Shown: one piece after another, positions 9,889 through 18,831 of the stretch
Layout of the letters: each line of letters begins with the position of its first letter
Position numbering within the stretch: the stretch's first letter is position 1
Assembly (NCBI GenBank): GCA_037134495.1
Contig: JBAXMC010000003.1
Location: forward strand, 1-33,150
Origin: Myxococcaceae bacterium
Lineage (GTDB): Bacteria; Myxococcota; UBA727; JABDBI01
Direction of reading: 5' to 3'
Length of the DNA: 33,150 bases
The notes under the pieces: model-generated
What the model saw: only the letters and a program-made list of their open reading frames with translations
Told to the model about the DNA's origin: nothing
The model's database searches: none
Program-made: the position numbers and the translations under genes

Positions 9889-9991
9889 TAATCTCGGGAA
9901 CATCTCCGCTGACACATAAATCAAGATTCATCGACATGCTTCTTGATTAGGCACCTCTTGTTTTACTTTATAAGCCTGTTAAAGAATCCGC

Positions 9992-10603
9992 ATGCTTAAG
10001 TTTATTACTCTTATTTTGTCAGTTTTATTCCTTGTTGGCTGTCAAGCTCATGTGCAATTAAGCGCACCACCACTTGCTGATGCACCTATCAAAGAACGTG
10101 TAAAAGCCTACGATGAACTTAAGCCGATTGTTCACCGAGAACTCTACATTGTTAATGGTTATGGCGGAGTTTCTTCTAACTCAAGTTCGTTAACCCTTGG
10201 CAACGGACAGAGAATTTATCACCCAGAGGACCTCCTTCCTGTCGTGGGACCTAACAACAAATTCGCTGAATCAACTCAGCAATATTTAGAATACAACAGG
10301 CTTGGTACCACTTTCATGTGGTCTGGTCTTGGTGTAGAAATCCTAGGCACATCTTTGATGCTTGCTGGAATTCCTCGTTCATTTGGCCGCAACTCTGGTG
10401 AAATTGGTCCAACATTCGCCATTGGGGCAGGAATGGTCGTCCTGGGATTGGTTGGCGTTATAGTCGGTTATATCTTTGAGGCAAAATCAAGTGATTACAA
10501 AGCAAGCGCTTTTGATGTCTATGATTCCGTACTTTTGAAACGATTGGAATTAGCGCGCACTGGAACAAACACAGTGCTAGTTCCAACCAATCAAGTCGAG
10601 TGA
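9992..10603 (+). CDS. Hypothetical lipoprotein with two C-terminal hydrophobic segments
   Basis: Lipobox LVG-C; Gly-rich TM-like segments near the C-terminus. Confidence 0.75.
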   Translation: MLKFITLILSVLFLVGCQAHVQLSAPPLADAPIKERVKAYDELKPIVHRELYIVNGYGGVSSNSSSLTLGNGQRIYHPEDLLPVVGPNNKFAESTQQYLEYNRLGTTFMWSGLGVEILGTSLMLAGIPRSFGRNSGEIGPTFAIGAGMVVLGLVGVIVGYIFEAKSSDYKASAFDVYDSVLLKRLELARTGTNTVLVPTNQVE

Positions 10604-10998
10604 TTCAAAGCTGATTCCAGAATTTGCCCCAGCTCTCTTCTCAGGGCTGGGTCATCTAAAGCTTGACTTAAGGTATCCAGCAAGTCACTTGGACTCTGAG
10701 GTGCTGGCCTATATGGACCGGCAGCAGGCGTATCAACCCCGAAATAGTTAATCATATCAACGGCACAAATATTAGCTTGGAAAAGAGTGCCAATCGCTGA
10801 GCCAACACAGCCAATATACTGATACCAGCCGGGAAAGTTGCCAAAATAATAGCGAGGCGAAAGAGCTGGGCAATTACTCAACAACCCGAAAAGCTCTGCA
10901 AAAGTAATAGCACAATCACTGGCAACTTGCATTTTAGGTGGAGCATCTGCAAACGCGGGTGTTAAGCAAAGAAAAACACAAAACACACTGAGATGCAT
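10591..10998 (-). CDS. Hypothetical secreted protein
   Basis: Signal peptide ending TPAFA; four Cys in the mature part. Confidence 0.65.
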   Translation of the reverse strand: MHLSVFCVFLCLTPAFADAPPKMQVASDCAITFAELFGLLSNCPALSPRYYFGNFPGWYQYIGCVGSAIGTLFQANICAVDMINYFGVDTPAAGPYRPAPQSPSDLLDTLSQALDDPALRRELGQILESALNHST

Positions 10999-11053
10999 TA
11001 CCCATCAACTTTTCAAAACACAGGATTATTCCTAAGGAGTCCTACGTTTAAAC

Positions 11054-11350
11054 TTGGTGGTTTTGTTCGTTGTTATTTTCAGCTTTTTTTCACACCCCAG
11101 CTTGTCACAAGCACAGAATAATACTTCGTCTGCAACTCTGAACTATTATGGAGTAGGACCCTCGACCATACAAGCCGTTGTCGCAACGCTTTTAGCTCCC
11201 AATGCCTGCTATGTCGAAAGCCTTATCCAAACTGAATTTCGGATCAAATACAAAGCATGTGCTGCTATGGCACTTAACGCTGCCAATGCTTGGTACACTC
11301 TTGGTTGCAATGTTTGCAAACAATATGACTCAGACTGTTGGGGATGTTGA
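11054..11350 (+). CDS. Small secreted Cys-containing hypothetical protein
   Basis: Hydrophobic N-terminus ending SQA; six Cys; start uncertain (TTG). Confidence 0.55.
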   Translation: MVVLFVVIFSFFSHPSLSQAQNNTSSATLNYYGVGPSTIQAVVATLLAPNACYVESLIQTEFRIKYKACAAMALNAANAWYTLGCNVCKQYDSDCWGC

Positions 11351-11370
11351 TTTCTCAATTTCGTCCAGAT

Positions 11371-11886
11371 TTAAGTACTTGAGCAGGTTCCGGCTGTATC
11401 AACAAAGTGACAGTTGGGGTTATCGGCTTTTTCAAAGCACGTTTGATTAGCACCCTCCCCAGAACAGCAAAAATTAGATTTTGGATTAAAAGAACACTTG
11501 GAAGGATTTTTCTCATTGCATACGGGAAGAACAAACTCACAATTAGCATCAGTATTCGTACAACTCGTATCTGTCCCTGCACAACAGGCTGATTTAGCTG
11601 CATTAAGTGTACAGATAACAGATTGATTAAGAACACAAGCATCGGCAGAAGTAATTGTCCATATGCATTTCTTGTCTGAAAACGCCGATTCTGTGCAAGC
11701 AACCAAGTTCTTGATCTGTAAACACTGCGTATAAGCAACACACTTCTTCTCATTAGACCAGGTGCAAGCGCTAGCAGGACAGGTTGACTGTGTATACACG
11801 CCACAATGTAAGCTCTTATTATCGTAGCTCGTGTCACAGCCAACGAACATCAATCCCAGTAAAATAAGTGAGCAAAATAGTTTCAT
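11371..11886 (-). CDS. Cys-rich lipoprotein
   Basis: Lipobox FVG-C followed by 20 further Cys, with CxW/CxF motifs. Confidence 0.8.
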   Translation of the reverse strand: MKLFCSLILLGLMFVGCDTSYDNKSLHCGVYTQSTCPASACTWSNEKKCVAYTQCLQIKNLVACTESAFSDKKCIWTITSADACVLNQSVICTLNAAKSACCAGTDTSCTNTDANCEFVLPVCNEKNPSKCSFNPKSNFCCSGEGANQTCFEKADNPNCHFVDTAGTCSST

Positions 11887-12152
11887 GCAACTTACTTCAC
11901 CCGCTCACAAAAAATGTGCAAGAGCCTAAGGACAATGAATCTGCCGTGAGTGCTTGTGATACCTATTAATAAAACCTGTGTGAAGCGGACGTTTGGGGCT
12001 GGATGTCAGAGCAAGCTCAATCCAGAGCATTTTTACTGAAGCTGAGATTTTAGATTTGATGACGTGAAGGGGAACGCGTACGCAGCGGCTCATGATTGCT
12101 CCAATTGACAAACGTGGCCGTCGACATTATTTTTGTCTCGGCTCTAAAGGCT

Positions 12153-12195
12153 GCCGTTTCCTAACTCTTACCGGAATATGGAAACGGCTTTTTTT
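12153..12195 (+). terminator. Intrinsic-terminator-like hairpin
   Basis: gccgtttcc-N18-ggaaacggc followed by T7; loop unusually long. Confidence 0.5.
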
Positions 12196-12303
12196 GCAGA
12201 CACCATGTCTACAAGCAATCACTGTAAAACAGGCATATTCTAAAAAGCTATCGGATGAATGACCGATCCTGTGGAACCAACAACAGATTTCAAGAAATTA
12301 CTT

Positions 12304-12348
12304 TCCAACGTTTCAAACGTTTGATACACTAACGTTATGAACGTTGGA
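12304..12348 (+). promoter_or_regulatory. Symmetric array of four AACGTT palindromes around a TACACT -10 box and the start codon
   Basis: AACGTT at 12307, 12316, 12331 and 12340; TACACT 12325-12330; ATG 12337. Confidence 0.65.
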
Positions 12349-13656
12349 CAAATAAACCAAGCTCTTATGCAGGGGGAAATCCAGGCACAAGGTGTTCTAC
12401 CGCATCTCAATAATTTATCTTTAGCGCCATTCCAATTTGAAATTGATTTCGGACTACGAAAACTGCCCATAGAACCAGGCATCTTACTGATCCGTGGTGC
12501 CAGACAATACGGTAAAAGTACTTGGTTGGAGCAGCAGATTGCGGAAACCATTAAGGAGTTTGGAGCTGGTTCTGCTTTGTACTTAAATGGCGATATTCTG
12601 GCAAACAAAGAGCAATTGGTTTCTGAAATCCGCTTGGTTACTCAGTTTTTTCATCCAAAATCAAAAGTTAAACGTTTGTTCATTGATGAAATTACCGCTG
12701 TAGAAAACTGGGAAAAAGCCTTAAAATACGTAATCGATGCGGGCGAATTAATAGACGTGTTGGTGATCACAACAGGCTCCAAAGCTGCCGATTTACGTCA
12801 TGGGAGCGAACGACTTCCAGGTAGAAAAGGACGCTTGGCGCGGACCAATTATATTTTTACACCAATTTCTTATGCCGAATTCAAGAAACAATGCGGCGTG
12901 AAACTAGGAGATCAAACTTTAAATAGCTACTTACTTTCAGGTGGATCACCTATCGCAGCCTGCGAGCTTGCTCAAACCGGTCGACTTCCTGAATACATCA
13001 TTGAACTTGTTTCAGACTGGATTCTAGGTGAATTTACGGCTAGTGGTCGCACCCGTTCAGCATTGCTCAGCGTCATAAAAACCCTGTTTCAATTTGGAAC
13101 AAATCCCATCGGTCAGTCTAAATTAGCAAGAGAAAGTGGGCTCTCAAACAACACTGTAGCACTAGGTTACGTTGCTCTTTTGCAAGACTTACTCGTGCTC
13201 TGCCCTGCTTACCCTATCGATGGGAACAACGGCAAACCTCTATGGCGTCAACCTTGCAAGTATCATTTCATTAACACACTTGCAGCGATGTGTTGGCATC
13301 CAGAGGCCATCAGAACCCCTTATGCACTTCAAAACTCTCCTAAAGTACATAGTCACATGCTTGAGTGGGCTGTTGCTCAGGAACTATTTAGAAGACGCTG
13401 TCTGCTTGGTTTAGAACCTGTTCCAGAAGATATCTCATTTTGGCAATCTAAGACTCATGAAATTGATTTCGTTGCCTCTTTCCCAGATGATTGGATCGAG
13501 GTCAAAAGAGGAATTGAAGATCCTTTTCATTATCAATGGTTCCTGACGACACATCCAACCGGACGCCTGACTCTCATTAATCCAAATCGTTTCGAAACCA
13601 ATCGAATTCGAGGCATAACTCTAGAAGACTTCTTAATGGATCCATCTTGCATTTAA
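12337..13656 (+). CDS. AAA_14-type ATP-binding protein with DUF4143 / PD-(D/E)xK-like C-terminus
   Basis: Walker A GARQYGKST, Walker B FIDEI, TGS, GGSP, C-terminal EIDFV...IEVK. Confidence 0.85.
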   Translation: MNVGQINQALMQGEIQAQGVLPHLNNLSLAPFQFEIDFGLRKLPIEPGILLIRGARQYGKSTWLEQQIAETIKEFGAGSALYLNGDILANKEQLVSEIRLVTQFFHPKSKVKRLFIDEITAVENWEKALKYVIDAGELIDVLVITTGSKAADLRHGSERLPGRKGRLARTNYIFTPISYAEFKKQCGVKLGDQTLNSYLLSGGSPIAACELAQTGRLPEYIIELVSDWILGEFTASGRTRSALLSVIKTLFQFGTNPIGQSKLARESGLSNNTVALGYVALLQDLLVLCPAYPIDGNNGKPLWRQPCKYHFINTLAAMCWHPEAIRTPYALQNSPKVHSHMLEWAVAQELFRRRCLLGLEPVPEDISFWQSKTHEIDFVASFPDDWIEVKRGIEDPFHYQWFLTTHPTGRLTLINPNRFETNRIRGITLEDFLMDPSCI

Positions 13657-13684
13657 GTGAAAAAAACAGCACAGTGCACAGCTT

Positions 13685-14683
13685 ATGGGTCGAAAATTCA
13701 ATGTGGCGATTGTAGGCGCGACGGGAGTCGTGGGTCAGGAGCTCATCTCTATTTTGCATGAACGCCGATTCCCCTTAGAGAATCTTAAATTACTGGCCTC
13801 TGAAAAATCCGCGGGCTGCAAACTAGATTTCGGCGAAGAAGAGATCGTTGTTGAGTTACTCGGGCCTAAATCTTTCGAAAATATCGACATCGCTTTTTTA
13901 GCCATCGACGGGTCTCTTGCCAAACAAATCGCTGATTGGACACGTGGCACCAAAACAGTTTTGATCGATAAATCAAGCGCTTTCAGATTAGACCCTGAAG
14001 TTCCATTGGTGATTCCAGAAGTCAACGCTGATAAAATTGCTGACTATCGTCACAAGAATATTATCGCCTGCCCTAACTGTACCTCAACACCTTTGGTTCA
14101 AATGCTTGCTCCGCTCAATCAAAAAGCAGGTTTGAAGCACGTAACCGTTGCTTCATATCAAGCTGTATCAGGCGCAGGCAAAGCTGGCATGGAAGAACTC
14201 GATAAACAAACACGCGATTTGTTTAATATGCGTGAAAGTGCACCCGGGTATTTTGCACATCGCATTGCTTTCAACGTACTGCCGTATATTGCTGACGAAG
14301 AAGAGAAAATGATCTCGGAAACGCGTCGGATCATCAACCTGCCAGAGCTCAAAATCGCTGCTACTTGCGCACGTGTGCCTGTATTCAATGGCCACAGCGC
14401 GGCTGTTCACATGGAGTTTGAGCGAGCGATTTCTGCTCAGGAAGCACGTGAAATTTTAAGCCACAGCCCAGGCATAGAAGTTGTAGATGATTTAAGTCAG
14501 AATCTCTACCCAACTCCAGCGGATGCATCCGGTGGAGATATGACATTGGTGGGACGCATTCGAGTAGATGCTTCTGTGCAACATGGTTTAGCTGCTTGGT
14601 ATTCAAGCGATAACCTACGTACCGGTGCAGCACTTAACGCCGTCAAAATTGCCGAGATTCTTTGCAAGGAGTATTTGAAGTGA
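13685..14683 (+). CDS. asd: Aspartate-semialdehyde dehydrogenase
   Basis: VGATGVVG, SSAFR, PNCTS, SYQAVSGAG, RVPVFNGHS, DNLRTGAALNA. Confidence 0.96.
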   Translation: MGRKFNVAIVGATGVVGQELISILHERRFPLENLKLLASEKSAGCKLDFGEEEIVVELLGPKSFENIDIAFLAIDGSLAKQIADWTRGTKTVLIDKSSAFRLDPEVPLVIPEVNADKIADYRHKNIIACPNCTSTPLVQMLAPLNQKAGLKHVTVASYQAVSGAGKAGMEELDKQTRDLFNMRESAPGYFAHRIAFNVLPYIADEEEKMISETRRIINLPELKIAATCARVPVFNGHSAAVHMEFERAISAQEAREILSHSPGIEVVDDLSQNLYPTPADASGGDMTLVGRIRVDASVQHGLAAWYSSDNLRTGAALNAVKIAEILCKEYLK

Positions 14684-16263
14684 AAAGGCTAAGCTTTCTT
14701 TTGTTCATGATCAGTATCGGCACGTTGGCTCAAACTGCAATAACAACTACTCTCCCAGGTATTTTAACTGATTGCAATTCGGCAGATTCAGCTGTGCTGC
14801 AACCTCACTCTAGCAACACGCAAGGGACTCCTTTTAAGGCCCTTATCGTTCCAAACAGCACTCCACCAAAATCGACAGATGTCTGTCCTAGCACCAATAC
14901 AGCCGCTCAAGGTGCTTCTTACACGACGGACTCCGCAGGAAAATTGAACTTTCCTGTCAAAGATCTTTTAAGCAACTACTGCGGAGCCTCTAAAGGACAA
15001 GGAAATGCCACACTTTGTGTCTATGCAGTTGGCGGAACTCAAGCACTCGCAGCGCAAGTAAACTATTCGTACAATACCGCTCCTAACAATCTCCCCTCTC
15101 CGACCCTCTCTGAGGGCAACAAACAAATTATTGTTACGATTAATGATCCAAGCATAGGCAGAGTGGCTAATTATAACCCCACATACGAAGTTTGCTACGC
15201 TGACAGCCAGCATCAAGCTCTGATTAATAGCCTTGTGAATACAACAAACAGTTGCCCCACTCCAACGACAGGTACATCGACAACCATTACCTTAGGAAAC
15301 CTAGACAATGGAACGACTTATTATGTCATAGCTAGAGTCCAAGGCTCTTCTAATCAGTGGACACCGGCTCTAACTGGCAAACCCATGAACACCGATGGCT
15401 TTGCCGAAGTTTATGACGGCGCACAAAATCCACTGTCTTTTGGCTGCTCACAAACATCAGGTGGACCCGCTACATGGGGGTTGTTTTTGTTACTGGGATT
15501 GTTTTTAAGACGTCCCAGGCGTTTTTTGGATTGCTTGGCTGTTCTCGCAATGACGATATCAATTCCGGCGTTCGCAGACGTAGGTCAAATGAACTTCAGC
15601 ACCATCGGTTCAACCTACAAACCCAACCTAGATGCCAGTACTAAATCAGACGGCAGCACTGCACGCCAATTTTATGGTCCGATGTTCTCTGACAAACTAC
15701 TCCCCTTGATAGGCGTTGAAGTCGATTGGCACTTGTTTGATGATTTCGGAAGCCTGCAACTAGGCTTTGGAGCCGCTTATGCCTATGCAGGCGGCAGCGC
15801 TCTTACAGTCGATGCAAATAACCAACCAACAACAACACAATCTTCTGACCCGGCTGGTTTGCACATGCTGCACCTGCGGCCACAGCTCACTTATCTTCTT
15901 GATTCTTGGGTCGATTACTTCCCCCTCGTTCCCTATATTCGCGGAGGCATTGTTGCCGCAAGCTATATGTTCACTTACCAAGGCGGACTCGACAAAGAAG
16001 ACCTGAATAAAAATAAACCAATGGGCGTCGTGTTCGGCTATGAAGCTGCTGCCGGGCTCATGCTCGCTCTAGATTGGATGGAACCCAGTGTTTCTAAAGC
16101 CGCCAGAGCTAATAACGTCTATGATCATATCTATTTGAAATCAGAAGTCGCTTACATGCCGATTAATAATTTCCATCAAAATGGCCTTGATTTTTCGCCT
16201 GCTTGGCCAAAGCAAGATCTTCCCCTCATGCTCACTTTTGGACTCGTGTTTGAATTTAAGTGA
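14680..16263 (+). CDS. Secreted FN3-like protein with internal MYXO-CTERM-like motif fused to an outer-membrane beta-barrel-like domain
   Basis: GTG 14680 with AAGGAG SD; signal peptide; LDNGTTYYV FN3 motif; GC-linker-TM-RRPRR at 15442-15522; second signal-like PAFA; amphipathic strands ending LTFGLVFEFK. Confidence 0.7.
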   Translation: MKRLSFLLFMISIGTLAQTAITTTLPGILTDCNSADSAVLQPHSSNTQGTPFKALIVPNSTPPKSTDVCPSTNTAAQGASYTTDSAGKLNFPVKDLLSNYCGASKGQGNATLCVYAVGGTQALAAQVNYSYNTAPNNLPSPTLSEGNKQIIVTINDPSIGRVANYNPTYEVCYADSQHQALINSLVNTTNSCPTPTTGTSTTITLGNLDNGTTYYVIARVQGSSNQWTPALTGKPMNTDGFAEVYDGAQNPLSFGCSQTSGGPATWGLFLLLGLFLRRPRRFLDCLAVLAMTISIPAFADVGQMNFSTIGSTYKPNLDASTKSDGSTARQFYGPMFSDKLLPLIGVEVDWHLFDDFGSLQLGFGAAYAYAGGSALTVDANNQPTTTQSSDPAGLHMLHLRPQLTYLLDSWVDYFPLVPYIRGGIVAASYMFTYQGGLDKEDLNKNKPMGVVFGYEAAAGLMLALDWMEPSVSKAARANNVYDHIYLKSEVAYMPINNFHQNGLDFSPAWPKQDLPLMLTFGLVFEFK

Positions 16264-17110
16264 GAGTCAGGTTATTGAGCTGATTAAAGCCAGCTTAAAA
16301 CCTGTTTTGGCTGCTGGTGCCCATGACTTGCTCGATGACGGTGCGTCTTTACCTCCCTGCCCGCCCGGTTGCACACGTGTTGTCAGTCTAGATGCCTTCC
16401 AAGAAAACAACGATTTTAAAATAGGCCTCGGATCTCTAGAGTCTGCTGGTTACAGAGCTCTTGTTCAAAATTTATCAGACTTAGCTGCCATGGGCGCAAA
16501 ACCCGTTGGGTTTCTTTGGTCTTTAGAGTTACCGAGTGCATGGCTCAGCAATAACGCCCTTTATTTAGGGCAATTTTGTACAGGTGTTTTACAAGCTTGC
16601 CAAAAATATAACTTGGAATTTTATGGTGGCGATTTGAGCACCACGAAACACGCTTTCAGTTGCGCCATCACAATCTTTGGAGATGTCTTAGGCAAGCCTC
16701 TTGGAAGACAAGGCGCAAAACCAGGCGATAAAATTTATGTCAGCAGAGAGTTGGGAGCATCAGCTGCGCTAAAATATCAGTCATATCCTGAACCTGAACT
16801 TGAATTGGGGCAACAACTTATTAGTACCGCGACAGCTTGCATGGATATCTCCGATGGGCTGGCAAAAGATCTCACGCGACTGTGTAAAGCTTCCAAAGTA
16901 GGCGCGCGCATACACACAATACCTACTCATCACCTAGCCACAAAAGAGCAAGCACTCTATGGCGGTGAAGATTATGCGTTGTTATTCACGGGGAAAAAAG
17001 GGCTTGTAGAGATAGGTGAAATCACCGAAAGCCCTGAAATCTTAATTTTGAATGATTCTGAATATAAGCCCCTGATAAACAAGGGCTTCGATCATTTCGA
17101 AAAAGCTTAG
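16250..17110 (+). CDS. thiL: Thiamine-monophosphate kinase
   Basis: DDGA, NLSDLAAMGAKP, GGDL, MDISDGL, GGEDYALLFT, GFDHF; probable TTG start at 16250. Confidence 0.93.
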   Translation: MNLSESQVIELIKASLKPVLAAGAHDLLDDGASLPPCPPGCTRVVSLDAFQENNDFKIGLGSLESAGYRALVQNLSDLAAMGAKPVGFLWSLELPSAWLSNNALYLGQFCTGVLQACQKYNLEFYGGDLSTTKHAFSCAITIFGDVLGKPLGRQGAKPGDKIYVSRELGASAALKYQSYPEPELELGQQLISTATACMDISDGLAKDLTRLCKASKVGARIHTIPTHHLATKEQALYGGEDYALLFTGKKGLVEIGEITESPEILILNDSEYKPLINKGFDHFEKA

Positions 17111-17775
17111 TCTTGTTTTGAGGACTCAGCTTTAGGCGGAGAGAGCCAAACACCTTTGTAACTTGGACGTCCGCGCAATCGCTCACGCCAAGATAACACA
17201 TGCGGATAGCCATCCAAATCCAGGTCTTTGACTTGATCGAGCAAATCTAGCAAGGGTGTCGCCAATGTATCGGCAATAGAATAGTCTCCGGCCAAGAAAG
17301 CACGTCTTGCCAAATGCTTATCTAAAACATCGATTTGTTGTTCTAGCTCTTCATGAAACGCAGCCAACATTTTAGGTCTCGCGTCTGGACCTTCGTACAC
17401 ATGAGCTTCTGTAAGAACACGCCAGAGCAAGTCTCCAAAGCCTGAAGCCAAGAAACTCAGCCAAGATAAAGCCTGAGCCTTTGAACTCAAATCATTGAAA
17501 CCTAAACTCGATTTTTCAAACCGCTCTGCCAAAAAGTGCAGAATCGCTGGAGATTCAAAAATCGAAAGCTCGCCACTGGGTCTGTGCTCAACCAAGGCAG
17601 GCAAACGCCCAAAAGGACTTCTGCGTAAAAAAGCAGCTGTTCTCTCTTTGTCGGGCTCTACTTCTCTAGGGGTAAAAGTCACACCACATTCATTGAGTGC
17701 TATTCGAACTGCAACGCAAAAAGGCGAAGCTCTATATTCATACAAAGTAAAAGGAGGAGCTTTGGAAGTAGCCAT
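17107..17775 (-). CDS. Glutathione S-transferase family protein
   Basis: SPFC, PFGRLPAL, FESPAILHFL, FLAGDYSIAD. Confidence 0.92.
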   Translation of the reverse strand: MATSKAPPFTLYEYRASPFCVAVRIALNECGVTFTPREVEPDKERTAAFLRRSPFGRLPALVEHRPSGELSIFESPAILHFLAERFEKSSLGFNDLSSKAQALSWLSFLASGFGDLLWRVLTEAHVYEGPDARPKMLAAFHEELEQQIDVLDKHLARRAFLAGDYSIADTLATPLLDLLDQVKDLDLDGYPHVLSWRERLRGRPSYKGVWLSPPKAESSKQD

Positions 17776-17784
17776 AATACTGGA

Positions 17785-18816
17785 TTATGGCATAACCACC
17801 GTTTTTTGGGAAGACAGCATGTTGTCCACCAATGACCCCAGTGTCCATGACAAGGTTGTTTCTCCAATCGTCTTCGCTGAGATTAATTTTTGGTTCCGCT
17901 TAAACCCAATTTTTTCTAACACAACAGACATATAAGCCGTCTGAAAACAAACTCTTTTCAAATATTGTTCTGCAAAAGGAGACGGCAATTCTTGTTTCAA
18001 AGCCCCAAGATCCTTACTGCAAATTTTAGGGCCTTGCTGATCTAAAATCTCAGATGACACTTTCTCTAGTTTAAGCAAAGAAGCCAGCTGCTCAAAATTA
18101 TCAACCAAGTAAAACTTCCCTTGAAGTTTTGGCTTGTGAATCACTTTGAGTTGACGTGCCAAAGATTTTCTACAAAGGGCATATTTAAGGGGAATCTTCT
18201 TGCAGTCTTTAGAACCAAACTCTTTCCAAGCTCGCAGCTCTCCAAGGCCATCATAGGTTCGAGAGTAAATCTCTTTCGTAGAAGAGGGTTTAAACGTCAC
18301 TTGCAATGAAGCCCCGCCCATTTCTAACAAACCTACGCTAGGCTTCGAAGTATTTTTGAGAGAACCGAGCAGATAATTAATCGATATCCACTCATAAACC
18401 CCCTCTGCAACACCCGAAATCACTTCAGCTACCGGCGATCCAAATCCAGATTCCAAAAACACTTTTTGCACCTCTGCTATAATGCGCTCTTGGCTTATTT
18501 TAGAGAGTGCCCTAACACCTCCTGTTGCTTGCAACCTAAGAGAGACTTGTTCAACAGGAATATTTTTACCGATTTGCTCTTTGGCAAAATCGAGCAGTTT
18601 TTCAAGATAAAGCCTGATACCTGGTAAGTTATGCTCAAATGCAGACAAACCCGGTTCTATTTTTAAGTTGCTTTTGTATTTGACGATGCTGTTACCGATT
18701 TCATAAACAAACACACGAGTTCCACTGCTTCCTGCATCCATCATGACTGCATAGTCAACAGCTAAGATCGGAGAAGCAGTCAAAACAAGAAGCATTAGCA
18801 AAAGAGTCTGTCTCAT
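17785..18816 (-). CDS. Secreted GDA1/CD39-family NTPDase (apyrase)
   Basis: Signal peptide; apyrase conserved regions DAGSSGTR, ATGGVR, EGVYEWISINYLLG, EMGGASLQ, SWTLG. Confidence 0.9.
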   Translation of the reverse strand: MRQTLLLMLLVLTASPILAVDYAVMMDAGSSGTRVFVYEIGNSIVKYKSNLKIEPGLSAFEHNLPGIRLYLEKLLDFAKEQIGKNIPVEQVSLRLQATGGVRALSKISQERIIAEVQKVFLESGFGSPVAEVISGVAEGVYEWISINYLLGSLKNTSKPSVGLLEMGGASLQVTFKPSSTKEIYSRTYDGLGELRAWKEFGSKDCKKIPLKYALCRKSLARQLKVIHKPKLQGKFYLVDNFEQLASLLKLEKVSSEILDQQGPKICSKDLGALKQELPSPFAEQYLKRVCFQTAYMSVVLEKIGFKRNQKLISAKTIGETTLSWTLGSLVDNMLSSQKTVVMP

Positions 18817-18831
18817 GGTAAATCCTAGAAC

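Noticed and set aside
9919-9948. Inverted repeat aatcaaga-N14-tcttgatt after leuS as a terminator
   Set aside because: AT-rich stem, long loop and no U-tract
11355-11843. 162-aa alternative-frame ORF
   Set aside because: Overlaps the Cys-rich lipoprotein frame, which has a clear lipobox
15088-15123. NLPSPTLSEGNK (ctcccctctccgaccctctctgagggc) as a fourth copy of the intragenic repeat
   Set aside because: Lacks the CTCACCCC left part and the CCAAG loop, and fits the normal start of an FN3-like domain; probably coincidence
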